A stretch of 64,000 bases of DNA, taken from NCBI GenBank assembly GCA_037379345.1, contig CM074516.1:45793626-45857625 (forward strand), read 5' to 3'. The notes under the pieces were generated by a model, which did no database searches, was not told the DNA's origin, and worked only from the letters and a program-made list of their open reading frames with translations. Numbering within the stretch: position 1 is the stretch's first letter; each line of letters begins with the position of its first letter. This document shows positions 40,601 through 52,600 of this stretch, piece after piece. The stretch is from Perna viridis (Eukaryota). A program made the position numbers and the translations under genes.

Positions 40601-43600
40601 ATAAGTTGTACAATAATATGTCAGATAAACATACAATAACATATTTTTCTACACAATAACATTTCCTTTGTTTCTAACCAGAGATATTCCTAGTTATAGT
40701 TATCATTTCAGAACCATTCAACTTATTGTGATGTTTGCATTGTTTAAAAATCTAGACAGATTGAAAACACACTCATCAAATAAATTACTACATAATGCCA
40801 GATAAATGACCATGATTATGGTAATTTTTAATACAAACAATAATCTCCAGTGTCACATCTAAATAGTTATCCAGCATACAGGTACCAAAAAGTCTGAACT
40901 CCACAAGTTATGTCAATTTATCAGAATTATCAATAAGAAAATGGATTCTCTCATTTAACCATTTACTCATCACCCTGATTTTATCCACCACATCTTTTTA
41001 TATGCTATTTCGTATTTATCACTTTTTCTTGTTATTTATACTTCAAACTTACTTCTTCACAGTATTTATCTTACTCACTTTTTTTGTCTGTTTGTTATTT
41101 ATACTTTGTTCTTCACAGTATTTATCTTACTCACTTTTTTTATCCGTTTGTTATTTATACTTTGTTCTTCACAGTATTTATCTTACTCACTTTTTTTGTC
41201 CGTTTGTTATTTATACTTTGTTCTTCACAGTATTTATCTTACTCACTTTTTTTGTCCGTTTGTTATTTATACTTTGTTCTTCACTGTATTTATCTTACTC
41301 ACTTTTTTTGTCCGTTTGTTATTTATACTTTGTTCTTCACTGTATTTATCTCTCTTACTTTTTTGTCTGTTTGTTATTTATACTTCAAACTTTGTTCTTC
41401 ACTGTACTTATCTCTCTTACTTTTTTGACTGTTTGTTATTTATTTTTCAAACTTACTTCCTCACTGTATTTATCTTTCTTACTTTCTTGTCTGTTTGTTA
41501 TTTGTTTCTCAACTGTAGATTAATATTGTAAATTATGCATGTTTATCTGTATACCAATGTTTCTACATAAGTTTAGCAGAATAAAGTATATATACATGTA
41601 CCCTCAATACTTACTCTTCTCCATCAGCCATGAGCTGTACAGGAGATACCACATTTTCTTCTCTTTGAACTTTAGACAAAGCTTTCTTTCTTGCTAACAA
41701 ACCTACAGGAAAATACAAAAATATTAATACCAGTAATTACTTAGTTTCATGTTGTCTGAATACATGTATTACTCTTCCATAATATGATTTTAATGTACAT
41801 ATGTTCAGTATAATACCAGTGTTCGTTATAAATAGAATAAGATAAAATTAAAAGGTGTATTAAAAACAATCACCTGTTCATGTGTGTAAATTTAAACACA
41901 ACTACTTCAATTATATTGTACAGTATTAGGTATTGTCAAGTCTTCCTATTGGAGAGAAAAATACTATAACTTGTGAGGTATCAATATAAACTACTCCACT
42001 CTTCACAGTCATGAAAATTGTAAAGAAACTGTCATAAACTTGTAAGTGTTAAAAACTACAGAAATTGGCAATAAACTAAAAATAGTGAAGTAAAAAGGTT
42101 TATTACATGAAATGTACATATATTTCTTTGAAGATAATGCATAGAAACAACCATAAGTTTGAATTTTTTTTCAAATTGCAACAAAACATAAAAATTTGCA
42201 ATCAAAATTCATGAAAAATACAAGTTGTGAAATTAGCTTGAGGTAATCAGAATATGACACCAAAAAGTCATCAAGTTAAATCTAATTACCTGTGGTCAAT
42301 CACCTGTGTCATAGGTAATTATTTGTTTGTTACAAATAAGTAATGTGATTAGTTTTACAAACATATCACAGAAATGGCAGAGATGGATATTATAGAAACT
42401 TTTATTAGTTTTTATCTGAAGGCCTGCTGTGAAAAATCAGACCCAAATTAATGCCTATTCAAATGCTCACAGTAGCTATTCAACACCTCAAGAATGACAA
42501 ACAATATTGGAATATATAAAGGTCAAATATATAAAGGTCAAAAACAAAGACAAAAAAGAATATCATCTGCTGTTCTATGTAAAGTGTAAATCTGATCAAT
42601 ATTGTGATAAACTGATTTTGTTATAAACACCACAATGGGAGACTACGTGTTTTCATTACACAAAAGATCTTTTGATCTGCTTGGCAAAGTGAGCAAAACC
42701 AATCTAAAGAATAGGCACAGAATCACCTCCACATCCCGTAAAGACTACATCTATGATGAAAACTGGACATATAAAAGGAAGACATCAACACCAATCAAGT
42801 GGTTTCAACAAGGAACACCAAAAAAGTGGCTTCAACAAAGCAAGGACCTAACAAATAACGGAGTCCATTTAGGAAGGGGACTTCAGATTGTAAGTTCTAA
42901 GATTCCCATCTTCAAACGAGAAAAAGCATACAGTATAGACAAGAAAAAGAATATATCTACAGGCAAATTGCCAAAACTTTGTGGGATTAAAAAAAAAATT
43001 GACAAAAAATTAGAGTGTGTTCCATCAGCTTCAACAGACTGTTCAATGATTCCAAAAACTGGTAATACATGTACAATGGACAAAACTCAGGAGAATATAG
43101 GCAAACCTATGGGCCAAGTATCTATTAATCCAATGCCAAACTTTGAGGTGAATTCAGCTGGAGTTGTTAAACTTACAATGCAAATGACAATATGGACCAA
43201 TCAGTTAAACAGACTGAAACGAAGAACAGAAAGACTAAGGGAAAAAGACAATCAACTAAAACAGAAGTATGAAGAATTGAAACAAAGGACTAAAAGAGTG
43301 TTATCTGAAGATGATGAACCACAAGAAAATCTAGGAGGTTCTCCTCCAAAACGTGCTAGAGTGGAAGATGTGACAAACAAACTGAAAAATTGTTCACTGA
43401 GACCAAAGAAGAACAAAACACCATCAAGAATTCCTCATCTTAGAAACAATGTGTTCTCTTATGCTAAAGCCAGGAGTTTGTTTGATAAACATGTGACAAA
43501 GGAGAAACTGTTTGGAAACCAAAACAAAAATGGGACATTAAATTCTACAAGTTCAGACATATTATTTACCTTTTTGAAGAATGGTAAGAAATGTACAATT

Positions 43601-46600
43601 TGTTGAATCTCTCAAACCAGGACAAAAACTTATCTACTGAACTTTAACCCTTTGAATAGTTCTGTTACCTCATTGTTATAATTATGGCCTTATAATAGTA
43701 TATATAAAAAAAATAAAAACAAAAACAAAAAAACATGAATATATTACCATTACACTGATTGATGACGACTTTAAGGTGCAAATGTAAACTGTTCACTTAT
43801 CAATTTATTCTTTTTTCAATTATAGAGGTCATTAAAAACAATCAGTCAGACATATTATAAGAATTTGATATGACATTGGTAACTTGGAACAAGAGTTGAT
43901 ACCATAAAAATATAGAAAACAGACACTAATTTATATTCTGATATTACCAGTAATTTCTTTACGAGTTCTTAATATATAACTGAACATAGTACACACTAAG
44001 GAGAGAAGACATTCAGGTTGTACCAATCAAATTAGAAAAATAAGACATGTAATGACAAAAACAGTTTTAAAACCTTGGTCTTAATATACAGAATATGATA
44101 ATAGAATGTACATGTTTATCAACAGTTAAAAAAAAAAAACAGTGTAATACCTTGTAACATTTCAATACGCCCGCTGGCAAAGCTAATTCTCTGCCCATAT
44201 GTCCTCACAGTACTGAACACAGTATTAAGTACACTGTACGATTCTTCTAGTCTACCACACACACTGTACAAAACAAAAGTTCTCAAAAGTAGCAGTCTTT
44301 ATGAAGATAGGAGGTGATACATACATGTCCAAAAACCACATTCAAATTTATTTCTTTATTTAGAAACATTTACAGACCAAATAACCAGTCTTAGTTTTTC
44401 ATTTGGTTGTTGCACTTATGAGATAAATATTCTAGATTGTACATAAAATTGGCACTTTGCAAGAGTTAACTTTCTTGATTTGGTTGATTTTAGTGGGAGA
44501 TGAATTTATGGTCTTCTAATAAATATAGATAGACCTACTTGCAGAAATGACTATGGTAAAGTAAAAATTTTGTGTATGTAGATTGAAAAAGTATAGTTTG
44601 TTTGGTGGTGTTTTCTACCATTGGTAGAGTCTTAATTTTATAGTTTTATAGGGATTGGTAATAATGGTACACAGCCATTTGCTAACAGTTAAAAAAAACC
44701 CTGAACTTTATTTTCATAAACAAGAGGCTCCCAGGAGCCTGAATCGCTCACCTGGTTGAATTTTGCCTTTCATGGGCAATAAATTATACAAGAAGTTGTC
44801 CAACGATTTTGACTCAAGAAAACTTTGATAGGACTTATCATAAGAATCATTTCAGCAATTGAAAGTTTAAATCTATCATAGTTTTCAAGACATTGGCTGA
44901 AAACTGTTAAAAAAAACTGTCATTTTCCCCTATCAAGGGCAATAACTCTTATAAGAAGGCGTCTGACAACTTTTATGCCTGAAGACTTTTGTAGTCCCAA
45001 AAATAAAGATCATTTCACTTCGTGAAAGAATTTGGCTAAATCTAACAGTTTTGGAGATATATGCGAAAAACTACTGTCTGACCCCTACATCCTATTATTG
45101 GTAACAGCGGCCATGTTTTTCGAAGAATCATAAAACCCCACCTCAGTTCTATGCAGCATACCCCAAGGAAAACTCATACCAAGTTTTGTTTCATTAGTAA
45201 AATAGTGTCAGAGGAGAAGATTTTTGAAAGAAATAACATTAAAAATAGCAAAAAAACATTGAAAAAGGGCAATAACTCCAATACGGCTTCATAGATTAAA
45301 ATGAAAATTTGACCGCAGATAGATCTCATCATGCTGAACACTTTTATCCATCTCAAAATTTAGCTAAACCTAATGGTTTTGGAGATACATGTATATGCAT
45401 AAAATTACTGTTGGCACCTTTGTTCTATTTTTAGTAACTGTGGCCATGCTTTTCAACTGATCAAAGTTCCCCACATCAGTTCTATGCACGATACCCCAAG
45501 GAACATTCATAACAAGTTTGGTTCCAATTGGTCAAGTAGTGTCAGAGGAGAAGATTTTTTGAAAGAAATAACATTAAAAATAGAAAAAAAAGGTTAAAAA
45601 AGGGCAATAACTCCAACATGGCTTAATAGATTAAAATGAAAATTTGACCACAGACAGATCTCCTCAAGCTTAACACTTCTAACATGTCAGAATTTGACTA
45701 AACCTAACCTATCTGACCCCTATGTTCTATTTTTAGTAATGGCAGCCATGTTTTTCAACGGATTGAAAATCCCCACATCAGTTCTATGCAGGATACCCCA
45801 TGAAGGAACATTCATACCAAGTTTGATTCCAATTGGTCAAGTAGTTTCAGAGGAGAAGAGTTTTTGAGGAAGACGGACGCCAAGTGATGGCAATAGCTCA
45901 TGTGGCCTTTGGCCAGGTGAGCTAAAAAAATCAGCATGATCAGACCAATAAGCAGGAGTATCAGTATAAATGTGTTTGTAAATAATCAGTCATAAAAGTC
46001 CTTATGATCTTCAATTTAGTACCAAATGTATACAAAGATTACTCATAACTAATGATTCTATATATATTTACCTTTTACAAAAGTGTTGCAAATGTTCTGC
46101 AGACTGATGATTGTCAGTAAGTCTGTCATCTAATAGAAGTGCCATTTGTTGGGCTTGTGTTACTTCATGCTGGAGTTTCTAAAAAAACAGTGAAACGAAA
46201 AGAATTATTTTGAATTTTTCAATACTATCTTAATTTTGCAAGAAGAAACCTATACAAATTATTCAATTCCACCAATTAACAATAAGAAAAGAATGGAATT
46301 TTTTAACATTATCACTTATCAAGCAGTTTGTAGAAGAGACAGACAGGAAAGATTACTTTAGCAAGGTTTTTTCACATATCATATTATTGGAGTATATACT
46401 GTCAGAGAAAGGTCACAAAAAAGATACCACCTGCTTCACTTATCTTCAAATATGTAACATCTTTAAGTTGGACTATTTCCTCTTGCAAGTTTTTCACACT
46501 ATTACTTCATGCACATCTGCATACATATAGAATACCAGATCTTCTTATATCAGAATAAAATTACCAGTTTAAGAGGAGTGCTGCTTACAAGACATACACA

Positions 46601-49600
46601 TTTAAAAACTATTTAAGTGGATTACCTTCCCTTGTATAGTTCAGACAATGAATAACTTCCTGCATGCACATCTACACATGACGCCTAACTTTCCTTATAA
46701 GTTTCCTTAAAATCTATCAAGCAGTTTAAGAGTTTCTTTTATGAGATGTGCCTAATAATTTGATAATCTTCTTTAAATGGACACTAAAATGACCACCTGC
46801 ATTTATTCACATCCCATTCTTCCTAAAGTTTCATCCAAATCAAGCAAGCTATTCAGGAGTTGCATTTGCAAATTGGACATGTGTGGCCACACTTCATGCA
46901 CATATACACATGATGCCTTACCTTCATGTTATCATAAAGTTTCATCTTACTCTGTTAAGCAATTTAGGTGGTTAGAAAATGAAAACATAATTCACCCTTA
47001 AATTGTATTTTCTCCGCTTGCAGAAATTCTTATGCACAACTAAATATGATGCCTTACAAGATGTGTGGACAGACAGACAAGGTGATTCCTGTATACCCCA
47101 ACCTTTTATTTTAGGGTATAATAATAAAATAATGACCCAATTTTATTTGTTATACTTACCTTAGTATTATTAATTTCCATATCAAGTTGAGCCTGTTTAT
47201 CTGACATACCATGTGATAACATGTTTATCTGGTTATTGGCTGAAACCAGTCTGCCCTCTAAACTTTTGACCTGAAATCATATGTTTTGGTGATCAATTTC
47301 ATCAGTAGTTGTCAGCATTTAAAAACTCAGTATGTTCTATAATTAAATTAAAAAAAAAATGAATGTATACACTTACTAGGGTAGTAGAAATTTATTCTTG
47401 GCTCTAGGTTGTAACCGACAAGTTAAAGCCGATCAGCAACAAGTGCTCATATAACAACTGATTGGATATTTAGTACCAGTACTACGTGTACATTGCAGTA
47501 ACTGTATTGTTAAAATATTTTTGAACCTTCACTACCAGTACATATGGTGTCCTTGACATTTACAATTGGGTAGTTATTGACAGTCTTACATCAGTTATTG
47601 GCTGAACTTTCTATTGTCATTTACCAAGAAATAAGATTATAACTAAAGAAAGAAGTAAAGAAGTGGAACATATCTAAACAGCTGATTTTAATCAAGATTG
47701 TTTCTTATTGTTATAGCAACAATTTCCTATTTTGTGAAACTAGTAAAATACTAAAGATCTTTTTCTTTATAAATCTTAACCTTTTCCTTCCAGTTCTGTT
47801 CATCTTTCTTTTTGATTATATCAGCTGATTTCTGTTGTACCATTAAAGCAAATACCTTTTCTCTCCATCTATATAATAAGTTTTAACATCATAATTATAT
47901 TACTTTTAAACAAACAAATTTATTTACATTGAAAGAAAACATCAATAAAAATGAAGCTGGACAGATTGCATCTGATACTGTATGTTTTCCTCAAGACTAG
48001 TGACAACTTTAGAATATACAAAAACAGGTCTGGAGCTGGCATGTCAGTCAACTGCTAACAGTCCTTAGTTTGTACGTTTGTGTAATTTATATTCAGTTTC
48101 TTTATTTCTGTTATAACAAGGGACTGATTCTTAGGTGTGTTTAATTGTGTAATATTTTTCCACAGTAACCAGGTTTTAAAAGGGAAGGATTGTAATCATG
48201 CCAAAGAACTTTAACCTGCCAAATTTTTGTCCCTCTCCCAAGTCAGGAATTTCTGGCCTCAGTATGTCTTTTTCTTTCTCATTTTCACATTTAGTTTATT
48301 TTTATGTTACTTGAGTATATAGGGGCATCATTATGGCTGTATCTGTGTATAATGTCTTGGAATCAGCTGTAGCTTGCCATGTGGTATGAGGGTTTCCTCA
48401 TTGTTCACTGCAGACCAATGGGTGGACTGGGGCTATTTTCATCCTGATGGGGTTGTTTTCTCTTTGACATATACACCATGCCCATTCTCATTATATATGT
48501 ACAGTAAATAAGTTCACATACATTGCAGTATAGACTGAGATGACTCAAAAAATTGGTTACTTTGTAGAAGAAAAAAAATCTTAAGAGAGATATAGTAGTT
48601 TAGATCTTTTTTACTGTCTTTCAGCCTAATAATTAATTGCTTCACAGAATGCAGCTTGATATGACAATAGAGGTTGAATCCTATGCAGTTGGGGCAAGTA
48701 TGAATGTAGGTCTGAAATCTGATTTTGATAAAATATTTGAAACAATATAAGAATTAGACTGGAATCAAAATGGCTGCTGTTTGGTCCCTTACTCATAAAT
48801 GGTTCAAGGCTCCAACCTGAAAATTAATCCTAGCCTTCCTTTTCAGATATGACACCTTGAGGTACAATTCAAAGCAATCCATTCACTTATACAATATAAT
48901 CAAGTAATGTCCTGACATAAAGAAAATACCTATTTCTGACCCTTTTTTTGCCCATAATTTCTAAACTGTTCAAGTCATAACCCCTAAAATCAATCTCAAC
49001 CTTATTTTTGTGGTATAGCACCTTGTGGTAGAATATAAATGGGGTCCATACATTTATACTCAATTTATTGTCTGGACATAATAAACATCCTTCTTTCTGG
49101 CACCTATTTGGCTGCTAATTCCAAAAGGATTCAAGTCAAAACTCAAAAAAAGAAATCAAAAGCCTTCCTTTTGTAGTATGTCGCATTGAGGAAAAAATCA
49201 AAGAGATTCATACTCTTATACTCAATAATTCTATAGATAGTAGGGATTTATCAATTATTCCCTCTGTAAAAAATTTCAATAATTCACAATGTAAAATAAA
49301 TTGGTCTTTCTCTCATCAAAGTGTCACAAGTCGGATTTCAATCCACTGATCACAAAAAAGGTAAAATTTATGTAGAAATTAGCAATAAATTTCAGAGAAA
49401 TCTATATAATAAATAGGATAATCAATTGGTTATCATGAATAATTAAAATATAAATACATGTGCAAAGAAAGCTAGAAGACTTAACTAGTGTGTGAAATAA
49501 GTTCCTAAACTCATTAAATCTATGTGTTCCTCCGCACTTATGATTGTATTTCAGTTATTCACTCTTACAAATTAATTATCCTAATAGTAATTGTCTAGTC

Positions 49601-52600
49601 ATAATGAATTTACTGTTTCGTGCCCTTTTTTGGTCCTCAATTCCTAAACAGTTCAAATTTCAATCCCAAAAATTAATCCCAGCCTTTCATTTGTCGTGTG
49701 GCACCAGGTCATACAATTTCAAAGAATTCACTTAAATTCAAATTATTATCTGCACATAATGAAAAGCTGGTTTCTAGCCACTTTTTAACCCCTAATTCCT
49801 ATACATTTTCAGTCACAACCAAGATACCTTTCAGCCTTCCCTATGATACCGGGTGGTTAAATTTCAAAGAGATTGATTCACTTTTATTCATGGTTTTTAT
49901 CTGGAAACCTAATTGTCTACAGACATGGGACAATAACAACAATAGCATAGTACTATTATACAAGCACAAATATTTCATGCTGTCATATTAAAAAACAGTT
50001 CACCAATTAACCAGTATGGTGGTGATACCCCTTAGTTGTGAGCAATACAGCAGTTCTTACCTAGTCAACAGTATGTTCTCACCCAGTCAATAGTATGCTC
50101 TGATCTAGTCAACAGTATGTTCTCACCCAGTCAACAGTATGTTCTCACCTAGTCAACAGTATGGTCTTACCAAGTCAAAAGTATGTTCTTACCTAGTCAA
50201 CGGTATGGTCTAACCTAGTCAATGTTATGTTCTTACCTAGTAAATAGTATGTTCTTACCTAGTCAACAGTATGTTCTTACCTAGTCAAAAGTATGTTCTA
50301 ACCTAGTCAATGTTATGTTCTTACCTAGTCAATAGTATGTTCTTACCTAGTCAATGTTATGTTCTTACCTAGTCAACAGTATGTTCTTACCTAGTCAAAA
50401 GTATGTTCTAACCTAGTCAATGTTATGGTCTTACCAAGTCAAAAGTATGTTCTTACCTAGTCAACGGTATGGTCTAACCTAGTCAATGTTATGTTCTTAC
50501 CTAGTAAATAGTATGTTCTTACCTAGTCAACAGTATGTTCTTACCTATAGTCGGCGTCACATAAATAACATACTGTTAAAATTTGAATAAAAATATTTTC
50601 TACGACTTTATTGACACCTACCGTCGTTTAAATTGTCTTAAATGACTTGCTCATTCGTTTAGCCAAACGGCTTCTCCCTAAACATTGAATTGTTAAATTC
50701 CGGTCAGATTTTAATTCTAGGTGGCAATATTTACATTGTAAAAAGTCGGCCATGTTTACAGTGATCGGGTTGCTAGGAGATGTTGTTTACGTTTAAATGG
50801 TTTGTCCAAAAACCGAAGAACCCAGAATGCACTTCGGCGTTATTTCGGATATCTCGGATTTATTTTACGCGAACAACGTACAATACCGAGAAGTTGATCA
50901 AGCAGACGATTGTCACCGGAGTTCGACGCGAACTTACGAACTTCGTTTGTAAACAAATCGTCCCGTAAAAACCAACATGGCGGATATTAGTATGGGATTT
51001 TCCAGTAAGGATTTGTTACGCATGATTTAAGCTAATAAGCGACTTGTTTTTGAGAAGCTGTTTGGCTAAACGAATGAGCAAGTCATTTAAGACAATTTAA
51101 ACGACAGTTGGTGTCAATAAAGTCGTAGAAAATATTTTTATTCAAATTTTAACAGTATGTTATTTATGTGACGCCGAGTATAGTCAATAGTATGTTCTTA
51201 CCTAGTCAATAGTATGTTCTTACCTAGTCAATGTTATGTTCTTATCTAGTCAATGTTATGTTCTAACCTAGTCAATAGTATGTTCTTACCAAGTCAAAAG
51301 TATGTTCTTACCTAGTCAATGTTATGTTCTTACATAGTCAACAGTATGTTCTTACCTAGTCAATAGTATGTCTCACCCAGTCAATAGTATGGTCTAACCT
51401 AGTCAACAGTATGTTCTCACCCAGTCAACAGTATGTTCTAACCTAGTCAATAGTATGTTCTTACCTAGTCAATGTTATGTTCTAACCTAGTCAATAGTAT
51501 GTTCTTACCTAGTCAATGTTATGTTCTTACCTAGTCAATAGTATGTTCTTACCTAGTCAATGTTATGTTCTAACCTAGTCAACAGTATGGTCTTACCAAG
51601 TCAAAAGTATGTTCTTACCTAGTCAACAGTATGTTCTTACCTAGTCAATAGCATATTCTTACCTAGTCAATAGCATGGTTTCTTGCTTGTTCTTGTCAAA
51701 TTTGTCCAGAGAAACCTAGACAAAAGCAAACAGACAACATGCTTAATTGAACTTTCTGCATGGATTCAAATGTTTTAAAAAGTAATGTAGAATCAAATAT
51801 TGAATTTTTCAAAACATTAGTTACATTTTTTTTCACCACAAAAGGAAAATTCACCATATACTTATAATTAGAAGAAAACTGAAATTAGGTAAAGCTGAAA
51901 TTTCTTGATTTCTTGATTTATTTAAGCAAAAATCAAGTCAAATCTTTTATGATATAAAATTATGTAAAATACATGAAAACATTTTTTTAGCTGTTCTGTA
52001 TGCGCTTCTAATATAAATGCACCTTTTTATGAATTAACAAAATATGTTGTAAACCTTTTAATGAATTCACAAAAAAGTTGTAAACTATCATTTGAAGCTG
52101 GTCATGACTGTAAATATAACATATTAAGATATATCAGTTATGTTCAAAATAATGATAAAAACATGCAGTGAATACACTGATCCATACTGATGAACTAGTT
52201 TCAGTTTTCCAACTTTGCTTTGTTTTTCAGCTTTGATACTGAATAAAAGAATAAGAGTTTTATCTTTTGATTTCAAATCTACCTTTGATATTTCAGCCTC
52301 TTGTGTCTTCAGTATCTCATTCAGAGAAGAAAATCTGATATTTAGAAGCTGTAAATTGGACTGTAAGTTTTCTTTATCTACTTCTAATATCTGTAAAATA
52401 TGCATATAAATCACTTTTTAAACACAAAATCTAAATACAAAGAAGGCACTACTGTTAATGCAACTGATTAAGTCAAATCAAAAGTGAAAATGAATCAAAT
52501 TATTGCTATCTTAAATGTTACTGTAATTAAATAGAGCAGACTTCACTCATGTGACAAAAATGTCCTGTGATCTATATAGATCTGTCATATATAAATCAAA

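Noticed and set aside
41002-41531. Hydrophobic ORFs resembling membrane proteins
   Set aside because: T-rich tandem repeat that is open in all frames.
46400-49990. Further decayed interspersed repeats (also at about 14300-14660, 17090-17400 and 33410-33570)
   Set aside because: Short shared motifs suggest old Helentron-type relics, but boundaries and family cannot be supported by eye.
50056-51676. CRISPR-like array
   Set aside because: Head-to-tail units with no unique spacers, eukaryotic context and no cas genes; the same applies to the other arrays.
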